Below, one piece after another: positions 17,767 through 25,536 of a stretch of 64,000 nt of DNA. The stretch covers positions 1,792,001 through 1,856,000 of the forward strand of contig OY969763.1 in assembly GCA_963702845.1 (NCBI GenBank), in the 5' to 3' direction. Position 1 is the first letter of the stretch, and each line of letters starts with the position of its first letter. The notes beneath the pieces are model-generated. The model made no database searches. It was given only the letters and a program-made list of their open reading frames with translations, and had not been told where the DNA came from. The DNA comes from an uncultured Verrucomicrobiae bacterium. GTDB lineage: Bacteria > Verrucomicrobiota > Verrucomicrobiia > Limisphaerales > Palsa-1400. Position numbers and translations under genes: made by a program.

Positions 17767-18462
17767 TTAGATTTTCATTTCGCGTTTGATGCGTTCCAGT
17801 TGCTCGCGTGTTATTCCGCCTTTCTGTGGGACTTTGGGGCGGTTTGGTTTCTTCGAGACGTCAGCGTATTTTTTCAATTCCAGTGCGGCGCGGTCGCGCA
17901 TGATGGCGTTGCGTTCGTGGACGGCATGGGCGCGGATGAGACGAAAAAAGTTTTCGGGTTTTTCGTTCATGAGGGCGCGCAGTTCCTGGATGTTGCAGTT
18001 TTTGATGATGTCGTGGATTTGCAGCGCGATATCGAAGTCGGAACTGTCGCGGACGGCTTCGCGATTGGATTTGTCGGATTTTGTGCGCGAGGCGGCCAAG
18101 GCTTCGGCATGGAGACGTTTGTTTTCGGTCGCGACTTGTTCGGCGAGCCAATCGGTGTAGCCAGAGTTTTTCCAGGAGCGGAGTTGTTTGTGAGTGATGT
18201 TTTCGCAGTGGCGCTCTTTCAAGCCGGCCAAAATTTGGGTGTAGGTGAGGCCGTCGCGAAAGGCGGTGTTGATCCATTTGCGAGTGCGCGGGGAAAGGCT
18301 TTGGATAGTGCCCCAGCGGCGGCGATTTGACGCGGGTTTGGTTGTTTCACTGGTGGCGTTGGGTTCAGCCGTCCCTTCGGGACAGGTCGCCGGAGCAGAC
18401 GTAGGAGTGATGTTGTTGACGTTGGCAACATCGGTGTTTTCAAGTTGTTCAGGTGTGTTCAT
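17767..18462 (-). CDS. DUF3486 / phage Mu gp27-like (small terminase-like) HTH protein, orphan
   Basis: GTIQSLSPRTRKWINTAFRDGLTYTQIL...ITHKQLRSW N-terminal HTH pattern and GGITREQLERIKREM C-terminus resemble the Mu gp27 family (recalled pattern, no HMM run). Confidence 0.55.
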   Translation of the reverse strand: MNTPEQLENTDVANVNNITPTSAPATCPEGTAEPNATSETTKPASNRRRWGTIQSLSPRTRKWINTAFRDGLTYTQILAGLKERHCENITHKQLRSWKNSGYTDWLAEQVATENKRLHAEALAASRTKSDKSNREAVRDSSDFDIALQIHDIIKNCNIQELRALMNEKPENFFRLIRAHAVHERNAIMRDRAALELKKYADVSKKPNRPKVPQKGGITREQLERIKREMKI

Positions 18463-18836
18463 AGGTTTGATACAAATATTTTTTTTGGGTTTTAGTGGAT
18501 GCAGGTGGTCGGTGTTGGGCGAGATTGGATGTTAATGAACGAAAGTGGGCACCCCCCCCCCCCTTTGGTCGAAAATGGATGAAAGTGGGCAATCGCGGGT
18601 GGTAAGCAAATCAGAGCCAGCAGCGACAAAGAATTGTCGCGGCTTGCTACGTTCGGTGCGGGAATCGGAATCGCCGCGTTGTGTTTATGTTGCATGCATC
18701 GCATAACGCGACCGATTGTGCCATAAAGTAGCTACGCGTCAAAAACTGTAGGGAAAGGAGGGAAGCCGGGGAAAGAAATGATAGTTTTTTTGAGAAAAAG
18801 GTGGTGGTTTTAGAGGGTTGGCATGGAAGTTGAGTC

Positions 18837-18911
18837 AACGCAAAGGCGCGAGGATGCAAAGACGCAAAGAGGACTGGAAACACGGACGGAGAAAACCACG
18901 GAGACACAGAG
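18837..18911 (+). repeat. Short ~9-nt periodic intergenic repeats (ACGCAAAG x2; CACGGAGACACAGAG)
   Basis: aacgcaaaggcgcgaggatgcaaagacgcaaag ... cacggacggagaaaaccacggagacacagag. Confidence 0.5.
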
Positions 18912-19000
18912 GTTGTTGGAAAGGAAATATTGCCATCCTTGGCCTGCTTTCGGTTGACTGTCCGCAGACACGGGTCCAGCATCAACCAACACGCGAATAC

Positions 19001-19061
19001 ACCTGAAACTGAGGCATATGTTATTATCAGGTCAAATCAGCATAATAATGAATAGTTAGCC
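19001..19061 (+). promoter_or_regulatory. Putative attI-like entry site of array 1
   Basis: AT-rich stretch ending in core GTTAGCC, with no upstream RYYYAAC partner; ACCTGA/TCAGGT inverted repeat; GCATA twice. Confidence 0.45.
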
Positions 19062-19074
19062 GTTTTCACGCGCC

Positions 19075-19635
19075 ATGATTTTCGGAGACCCAAAAGACTT
19101 TGCGATTGAGGCGTATCACGAACCCTCCGGCTCTCAGTATGGTGGGTTTGGTAGAATGTGCATTCACATCCAGGGCATGTCCCTCGGCGATATTCGCGAC
19201 AATCACTGCTCATTGGTTCACGCTACGGACCGCATTCGAGAGGTGGCTGCTGATTTCGAGTCGCTCTGGCATGCTAGTTTCGCCGGCTTATCGGACGCGG
19301 ATGTGTTTGGTCTCATTGACCGGGAGATTTACACGGGTGATGCGTCCGAGAGTGGTCCGAGCTATGATGCCTCCGATTTTCTCACAAACACAGGCGAGAT
19401 GTTCGATGGCACGAAGACCTTCATCATCTTCCGACCGCCCGACCGGATTCACATTCTGTTTCGTCTTCGGGATGACACGTTTGGAGCTGCTTCATGTAGC
19501 GTCCAGAGTTTCCGCGGAGTTGCCGACGCCTTTGTTAGCTGGTTCGAGGAGCAGGTGCGAATGACTGCTCCACCATTTTTTCCCATCAACCCATTTGACC
19601 TGAATGAGAAAGTTCCAGACGACCGAAACGGCTAA
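19075..19635 (+). CDS. Cassette 1: Imm42-like immunity protein
   Basis: MIFGDPKDFAIE...FGRMCIHIQGMSLGD N-terminus typical of Imm42; the stop codon lies in the attC inverse core GGCTAAC. Confidence 0.7.
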   Translation: MIFGDPKDFAIEAYHEPSGSQYGGFGRMCIHIQGMSLGDIRDNHCSLVHATDRIREVAADFESLWHASFAGLSDADVFGLIDREIYTGDASESGPSYDASDFLTNTGEMFDGTKTFIIFRPPDRIHILFRLRDDTFGAASCSVQSFRGVADAFVSWFEEQVRMTAPPFFPINPFDLNEKVPDDRNG

Positions 19636-19722
19636 CCATCGCGCTACACTCAAAGTCGGGAATGCCTTCTGTTACATATCGGGCGTCATTGGCACAGCGC
19701 GAGTAAGCGCGGGTCGTTAGGC
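19630..19722 (+). repeat. attC site
   Basis: GGCTAAC...GTTAGGC, 93 bp, imperfect palindrome; the inverse core is the exact complement of the cassette's leading GTTAGCC. Confidence 0.85.
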
Positions 19723-19734
19723 GGCATCACGCGT

Positions 19735-20241
19735 ATGCAATGTTTTACACCAAGTGAGTGTTCGGAATGGTTGCAGCAGCGTGGGATTATTGAGTTTCCA
19801 TATGGCACCAAACGAGAGGCGATGACGCTTCAGTTTGAACCGCCACGCAACCCTCGGAAGCTTACTGCGTTTACTCGTGAGTTATTCGGCGCTTTTGGAG
19901 AGTTTTCAGGAGCGTTGTTGCAGTTCACGGATTGGCCGCTTTACCAGCCGGATGAGATGGCTTTGATTGTTTCGTTACGGCGCAGTCATGGCGAGCAGCG
20001 TTGGTTGATTGATGCCCCCGGCCATTTATTTGCTCCCACAGAGATGGCAGAAGCTATTGGGCATTATTATTTGGCTTCGATTTTTGATTGGAGCGTCTAT
20101 TTGTATATGGCATCTGGAGCGGGCACAGTTTATTTCTGGGAAGGCGACCTGATTGATGTATTTGGATTCGACAAAAGTATCAGCCAAAACATTCACGAAC
20201 TTGTTAAGAGTTATGATTTGCGAGTTACATATGGCGCGTAG
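19735..20241 (+). CDS. Cassette 2: hypothetical protein
   Basis: 168-aa ORF filling the space between two attC sites; GC lower than the backbone. Confidence 0.8.
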   Translation: MQCFTPSECSEWLQQRGIIEFPYGTKREAMTLQFEPPRNPRKLTAFTRELFGAFGEFSGALLQFTDWPLYQPDEMALIVSLRRSHGEQRWLIDAPGHLFAPTEMAEAIGHYYLASIFDWSVYLYMASGAGTVYFWEGDLIDVFGFDKSISQNIHELVKSYDLRVTYGA

Positions 20242-20335
20242 CAATCCGCTGGGGACAACGCCGGTTGGGTGTTGCCAGTTCCGCTTTGCGGACTACGGTT
20301 TTAGGTCCGGCGCGCCGGAGCTCTGGACGTTAGGA
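20236..20335 (+). repeat. Degenerate attC site
   Basis: GCGTAGC (mutated inverse core) ...ACGCCGG...CCGC TTT GCGG...CCGGCG... GTTAGGA, 100 bp. Confidence 0.65.
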
Positions 20336-20346
20336 AGCGGCAAAGT

Positions 20347-20487
20347 ATGCGAAGTGTCCTGTCGATATTTTCAGCAATTTGGTCGGCAACATTAGGGCGG
20401 CCTCTGTCATGGCAGACCGCTCTCGTGGTGGTGATCATTATTGCGCTTGCGATTGCAGTGCTGCTCCCATTTCTAGCGTCGACATGA
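20347..20487 (+). CDS. Cassette 3: 46-aa single-TM small protein (not in the ORF track)
   Basis: MRSVLSIFSAIWSATLGRPLSWQTALVVVIIIALAIAVLLPFLAST; ATG 11 bp after the core site; stop 16 bp before the next attC. Confidence 0.6.
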   Translation: MRSVLSIFSAIWSATLGRPLSWQTALVVVIIIALAIAVLLPFLAST

Positions 20488-20503
20488 ACAATTCAATTTT
20501 ATT

Positions 20504-20663
20504 GCCTAACCAGAGCGCTGGAGATTTGAACAAATTATTTTGCTCTTCGCTGCCGCGAAGTGCGGACGGCGAGTTGACGATTCCTCCTTCGCCATGGCTA
20601 TGGAGGACGGGGCTTTTACAATCCGTGAGTCAGTGGGCGGCCGCCGTTGAGTTTGAGTTAGGT
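20504..20663 (+). repeat. attC site enlarged by two internal insertions
   Basis: GCCTAAC...CGGACGGCG...CGCCGTTGAG...GTTAGGT, 160 bp; homologous to the attC at 20897. Confidence 0.75.
20521..20559 (+). mobile_element. 39-bp mini-insertion element, copy 1 (inside attC)
   Basis: GAGATTTGAACAAATTATTTTGCTCTTCGCTGCCGCGAA. Confidence 0.7.
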
Positions 20664-20667
20664 GAAC

Positions 20668-20892
20668 ATGAAGAACATTCAGCTATCTTCGCAGGAGAGT
20701 GACCGCAAAGTCGCAAGAATTGCATCACTCATCTTTATGGGTGTCGCTTGGCTGTCTCTGACGGCATTTTTAGCCTGGTACCTCACCACAAATGGAAATG
20801 CGTTGAGCCACAGCATCGTCGTCGTTAGCATCTTTTCGATTCCCCTGCTGCTTATTCCATTTCAGTTGTGGCGCTATTTCAAAAACAAATGA
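20668..20892 (+). CDS. Cassette 4: small two-TM membrane protein
   Basis: 74 aa with two hydrophobic helices, bounded by attC sites. Confidence 0.7.
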   Translation: MKNIQLSSQESDRKVARIASLIFMGVAWLSLTAFLAWYLTTNGNALSHSIVVVSIFSIPLLLIPFQLWRYFKNK

Positions 20893-20896
20893 CTAA

Positions 20897-21028
20897 GGCT
20901 AACCAGAGTGCTGGAGATTTGAACAAATTATTTTGCACGTCGCTACCGCGAAGCGCGGACGGCGGGACGACGCCGCCTTTGCAATCGTTGAGTCAGTGGC
21001 CCGCCGCCGCTGAACTGAATATTTAGGC
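20897..21028 (+). repeat. attC site with 39-bp insertion and mutated core
   Basis: GGCTAAC...CGGACGGCGGG...CCCGCCGCCGCTGAAC...TTTAGGC (G>T in the core). Confidence 0.7.
20914..20952 (+). mobile_element. 39-bp mini-insertion element, copy 2 (inside attC)
   Basis: GAGATTTGAACAAATTATTTTGCACGTCGCTACCGCGAA. Confidence 0.7.
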
Positions 21029-21044
21029 GACTAGCAAACGTCAC

Positions 21045-21209
21045 ATGAAACGCCATTTTTACGCAACAAACGAGGATTTGCTACAGGTTATCGAAATGCC
21101 GAACGAAAGCACAAAGTTGCCTATACGCTCACAGGCGCTTACGACCAATCCGCCCAAATCGCTCGTGGCGCCATCATTGATGGAACGCAGACCGGCGAAA
21201 TTGACCTGA
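21045..21209 (+). pseudogene. Truncated fifth cassette gene remnant
   Basis: ATG 16 bp after the last core site (MKRHFYATNEDLLQVIE...); short, with no following attC. Confidence 0.45.
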
Positions 21210-21334
21210 ATTGATCAGAGCGGTCTCGCGATATCCGTTTCGAATCGGGATGCAGAGCATCGCCGACAAAATGGCTGGCGGCGCGAGGTCGACTAAGTGA
21301 GGTCCTTAATCGGAGTCGCGCGACGTGCGCTGGG

Positions 21335-21820
21335 CTACTGTTTAACTTCAGTCGCGATCCGTTTCTCCGGCGGTTTCCAATTGACGTTGATGCCGCCGGC
21401 GGTGATGAGTTTGCAGCTCTGGATTTCTTTCAGGGCATCGGTCTCGGTCACCGGCTTGGGCGCGACGTGCAAGAAAGTCGCTCCGGGAAGGACGGTCAAT
21501 CGGATGTATTGGACCTGGTTTTCTTTGAGTGTCAGTTGCGTTTTTTCGGCCGATTCGGTCGTGCATTGAACCGTGTAATCGCCGGGTTTGCGGTCGACAT
21601 AGAAGAAGCAGCCGGGCTGACATTTGCCGATGGCTGTGTCGTTGATGAAAACTTCCGGCTGCGTCATGGTGCCGAAGAGCTTGCTCGGGCGATAGAACCA
21701 GACGCGGGCGTCGCCTTTGGGCGGCGGTGTCAGGGCGGTGGTATAGGTTTTATAACTTGGTCCGCTGGCGCAGCCGGCAAAGCCGGCGCAAAGAATAACG
21801 AGAAGTGTGACATGTTTCAT
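21335..21820 (-). CDS. DUF2846 domain lipoprotein
   Basis: Lipobox FAGC; ARVWFYRPS; PGCFFYVDRKPGDY; RBS GGAGG before the ATG at 21820. Confidence 0.85.
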   Translation of the reverse strand: MKHVTLLVILCAGFAGCASGPSYKTYTTALTPPPKGDARVWFYRPSKLFGTMTQPEVFINDTAIGKCQPGCFFYVDRKPGDYTVQCTTESAEKTQLTLKENQVQYIRLTVLPGATFLHVAPKPVTETDALKEIQSCKLITAGGINVNWKPPEKRIATEVKQ

Positions 21821-22010
21821 CTGGTTCCTCCTGTTAACGTTGATTTTACAACCAACGTTGTCGGCGCACCGCCGACGCGTGGAACGAAACACGAAAAGCC
21901 TTGGTTTGACAGTGTGGATTTTCTTGGTTGTTGGCTGCTGGAATCCCTGTGGTTGATTGAGGCTTTGTCCGCGTCAACAAGCGAGTGCGGTGCGTCAAAT
22001 CGGGACGAAC

Positions 22011-22108
22011 AACAGAGGCCGTGAGCACGCGGTTGCAGGAATGAGGCCGATTGGTTGCAGGGTTAGGTCGATGGCAGAAAACCGCTTGCTCACGCGCGCG
22101 CCTCTGTT
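22011..22108. repeat. REP doublet (inverted pair)
   Basis: AACAGAGGCCGTGAGCACGCGGT ... ACCGCTTGCTCACGCGCGCGCCTCTGTT. Confidence 0.7.
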
Positions 22109-22166
22109 CGCGTTCGCGCTGCGAACTTACTTGACCGGAATGGCCTTCCATTGCCAAATCACATCT

Positions 22167-23246
22167 ATGCGAACATACGTTCTCTCCAAATTGCGCCTAC
22201 TCTGGCCCGTCCTTCTCTTGAGTTTAATCATCAGTGGCTGCGTCACGCGTCCGGGAACAATGGCGAAGCGCACGGGAGATGAAATTATGGTTGCGGGCAA
22301 CTACGTTCACACCGGCACGCCGGTTGTGCTCTGGACGGATCCGGGTGGTTACGACGCGTATCGCGTGGATCGCCGCTTTGCGCCGATCGCTGATTCGGGC
22401 TGGGACAAGACCAAGGAAAAGGTCAAAGGGATGGATTCGCCGGCCCGCTATTCGATGCGCCAAGGCGATCTGAACGATGCCGAGATCGAACGCGTTCGTG
22501 GCGGTGGCTGGGATTTGCCAACGCTTCAACGTGTGGTTGACCAATTCGTAATTCATTTCGACGTCGCGGGCACGTCTCGCACTTGTTTCAAAGTTTTGCA
22601 CGATTCGCGCGATCTGAGCGTTCATTTCATGCTGGATGTCGACGGCACTCTCTATCAAACACTCGATTGCAAAGAGAAAGCATGGCAGGCGACGATTGCC
22701 AACGGCCGCTCGGTCGGCATCGAAATCGCGAACATGGGCGCGTATCCGTTGAACGACAACAAGACTTTGGGCGAATGGTATAAAACAGATGCAACCGGCC
22801 ACACCGCGTTGACGATTCCGGCACGTTACGGAAAGAATCCGGTGCGTACGGCTGATTTCCACGGCAAGCCGGCGCGCAAAGACGCGGTCGTCGGTGACAC
22901 GCAGGGACATCACCTCAAGCAATATGATTTCACGCCGCAACAATATGAGGCTTTGGCGCACTTGACGGCGACCTTGTGCACGGTGTTTCCGAAGATCACC
23001 TGCGACTTTCCGCGCGACAAAGATGGTAAATTAATTCCTCACAAATTGCCGAAAGAGGAACTCGATAATTATCACGGTGTGCTGGGTCACTTCCACGTGC
23101 AAACGAACAAGACCGATCCCGGTCCGGCGTTTCAGTGGGATTACGTGATCGGTCGCGCGCGCCAGCTCATGGGCAAACAGCCTGAACACGGCGCTGAAGG
23201 ATTGGTGCATCCGGTTCAGGCCACGTTGTTGTACGACAATCGATAA
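22167..23246 (+). CDS. N-acetylmuramoyl-L-alanine amidase (Amidase_2), lipoprotein
   Basis: Lipobox ISGC; FVIHFD, LSVHFMLDVDG, SVGIEIAN, LGHFHVQTNKTDPGP. Confidence 0.9.
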   Translation: MRTYVLSKLRLLWPVLLLSLIISGCVTRPGTMAKRTGDEIMVAGNYVHTGTPVVLWTDPGGYDAYRVDRRFAPIADSGWDKTKEKVKGMDSPARYSMRQGDLNDAEIERVRGGGWDLPTLQRVVDQFVIHFDVAGTSRTCFKVLHDSRDLSVHFMLDVDGTLYQTLDCKEKAWQATIANGRSVGIEIANMGAYPLNDNKTLGEWYKTDATGHTALTIPARYGKNPVRTADFHGKPARKDAVVGDTQGHHLKQYDFTPQQYEALAHLTATLCTVFPKITCDFPRDKDGKLIPHKLPKEELDNYHGVLGHFHVQTNKTDPGPAFQWDYVIGRARQLMGKQPEHGAEGLVHPVQATLLYDNR

Positions 23247-23251
23247 TTGAA

Positions 23252-25282
23252 TTAGTGGTCAGGACGGTGTTGCTGTGCTGGCGGCGGTGCAGTGTGCACT
23301 TGAACGCTGGGGGCCGCTGCCGGTGGAGCAGGCGCAACATGCACCTGCGGTGGCGGCGCTGAGACGTGGGCAGGCGGGGCTGACACATGCGGAGGCGGCG
23401 CGGAGACGTGCGGAGGGGCGGAAACGTGTGGCACTGGTTCAGCGTGTGGCACTGCCTCCGGCGGTCTTGTTGCTCCCGCAGGTTCATGAACGGGTGCCTG
23501 AGGTGGTGCTTCAACTCGCGGAGCTTCAGGGGAAGCGCGATGAACTTCGGGCGCTGGTGTCGTCACGTGCGGTGCGGGAGCAGGCTTCGGGTGTGGAACT
23601 TCCGTTACTTGCGGATTCGTCGGATGAGGAGTCTCTGTCACGCGCGGAGTTGTGCTCGGATGCGGCACCTCTGTGATATGCGAATTAGGCTTTGGGACCT
23701 CTGTTGCTTTCGGATTTGTTGGTCGCGGAGTTTCGGTTACGCGCGGTGTTTCACTCGGGTGCGGCACTTCACTGGGATTTGTCGTTTTAGGAACCTCACT
23801 CACTCGCGGGTTGGTCGGATGAGGCGTTTCTGTCACGTTCGGAGTTGTGGACGTTCCCGGTGTGTGCGTCACGTTCGGATTGGTCGGATGCTGAGTTCCG
23901 GTGGTGCGACGAGTATTGCTCGTGCGCGGCGTTTGCAACGGTTGTTGCGTGGTCGTGTGCGGTTGCGTCGTTGTGGTCGTGCGCGGTTCTGTTGTCGTGG
24001 TTCGCGGAGTGGTCGTAGTTGTGTTTCGTCCCGCGGGCGCGTTGTTCACGCGGCCGGGACCGGTGTTATTGATCGGTGTAGTTGGAACCGAACGAGCATT
24101 CGGAGGAAGCCGGTGCCCAACAATTTGCGTGTTCCGAACAGGCGTCGGCGCTTGTTGCGGACGGACGATGGAAACTTGTGATCCATTGCGCACCACTCCA
24201 GGACGTGCCACGCGCGGGTCTTCTGTCGAGGTTCGAACTTGCGCCACATGCACTGGTCCCGTGTAACGCTGGACGGTTTGACGCGAGATGCCAGGATTGC
24301 GGGCATAGTTATTGTTTACGACGGTGACGTTGTTGATTACGCGCGTGCGGTTGTAAAACTGGTTTACGTCGTGGTGAGACAGCTCGTGGCGGTGATAGTC
24401 GCCGTGGAACATATCTCCAAAATGGATGAACGTGAATAAGTTCGCGCCGATTCCAAATCCAATGTCAGCGCCCACACCGAAATGGAATCCTGCCCGGCCA
24501 TAGCCGCGGAAGCCGGAAGGCGGCAGCGGTGCCCAGCCGCAATAGTCGCCGGAATCGCGCCACACGACCCAGCTCGGCGCCCAAATGGTGTCCGGGAACC
24601 AAACCCATCCGCACGACGCCTGCCACCAGCGGCCGTAGTGGAATGGTGCCCAACCCCAGTTGTAGCCGGATTGCCAATACCAACCGTCATCGCAATAAAG
24701 CCAATTGCCATTGTCGCAGTAAGGTTGCCAGTTCACCGAGGTGCGGACTACAGACGGCTGCCAGCACCAGCCGTAGCCTTCGAGGTAAATCCAGCTACCG
24801 TACGGTCGTAAGTCATTATAAAATGAAGCGACCTGCGGCGGTGCCTGGTCCGGTGCGACCTGCATGACTTGAGCCGATTGATCTGAATAGGGCTGTTGAT
24901 TGGCATAACCGTTCGCATACGCATCCGGCGGATTGACTTGCGCCGTTTGGTCGGTCGGAGGGCTTTGGTCGTAATTTTGTGGCTGCTGAGGATAATTCGG
25001 TTGCGCGGTGTTTTGCGTTTGCCCCTGCGCAATAGCGGTATCGTGCGCGATCATTGCAGAAATGATCGACTGCGGCACGCCGTTGTTTTGCAGATATAAT
25101 ATGTCGTCCGCATTTAGATTATAGGTCGCGCTGGAATTATTGACGTAACCTTCGAGCACTTGCTCGCTGACGCCCGATTGCGCCATTCGCAGAACGTCTT
25201 GGCTGGCGGAATTGATTGCGCCCGATGTCGAGAAACCAACGATTGCAATACACACCACAGGAAAGATGACCCAAGTTCTCAT
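23252..25282 (-). CDS. Secreted DUF6600-like Trp/Gly-rich domain protein with long Pro/Thr/His-rich tail
   Basis: Signal peptide; FYNDLRPYGSW...WQPYCDNGNW...WGWAPFHYGRW...WAPSWVVWR...GWAPLPP; GGAGG RBS. Confidence 0.85.
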   Translation of the reverse strand: MRTWVIFPVVCIAIVGFSTSGAINSASQDVLRMAQSGVSEQVLEGYVNNSSATYNLNADDILYLQNNGVPQSIISAMIAHDTAIAQGQTQNTAQPNYPQQPQNYDQSPPTDQTAQVNPPDAYANGYANQQPYSDQSAQVMQVAPDQAPPQVASFYNDLRPYGSWIYLEGYGWCWQPSVVRTSVNWQPYCDNGNWLYCDDGWYWQSGYNWGWAPFHYGRWWQASCGWVWFPDTIWAPSWVVWRDSGDYCGWAPLPPSGFRGYGRAGFHFGVGADIGFGIGANLFTFIHFGDMFHGDYHRHELSHHDVNQFYNRTRVINNVTVVNNNYARNPGISRQTVQRYTGPVHVAQVRTSTEDPRVARPGVVRNGSQVSIVRPQQAPTPVRNTQIVGHRLPPNARSVPTTPINNTGPGRVNNAPAGRNTTTTTPRTTTTEPRTTTTTQPHTTTQQPLQTPRTSNTRRTTGTQHPTNPNVTHTPGTSTTPNVTETPHPTNPRVSEVPKTTNPSEVPHPSETPRVTETPRPTNPKATEVPKPNSHITEVPHPSTTPRVTETPHPTNPQVTEVPHPKPAPAPHVTTPAPEVHRASPEAPRVEAPPQAPVHEPAGATRPPEAVPHAEPVPHVSAPPHVSAPPPHVSAPPAHVSAPPPQVHVAPAPPAAAPSVQVHTAPPPAQQHRPDH

Positions 25283-25536
25283 GAAAACCTCCACCCCAAG
25301 TTACGATTGTTTTGGCGCTGGTCAAAGGGGGTTCCACCTGAATTTATTGGTCACATTGAAAGTTTTTTTTGAAGAAAAGGCAGGTTTGGTTTCGTAAAAA
25401 AGTTGACCGAACCGTTCATTGGCAACAACTTCTAGAGAGGGTAGGCAAATCAATTTGAACATTCGTAAGGAAAACCCTGTCATTAAGTTGAAATTACGGC
25501 GTACTTAGGCGACCCTATTCCGCTAAACAAATTGAA

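Larger units (their letters stand above)
19001..21209 (+). mobile_element. Integron-type gene cassette array without integrase (CALIN-like): 4 cassettes plus a remnant
   Basis: Lead core GTTAGCC (19055-19061), then short co-oriented ORFs each followed by a RYYYAAC...GTTRRRY-type hairpin. Confidence 0.85.

Noticed and set aside
17767..18462. Prophage
   Set aside because: No integrase, large terminase, portal or structural genes in the window.
20504..21028. The two long repeats as CRISPR repeats or IS ends
   Set aside because: They have attC core and inverse-core structure and flank whole ORFs; there is no transposase between them.
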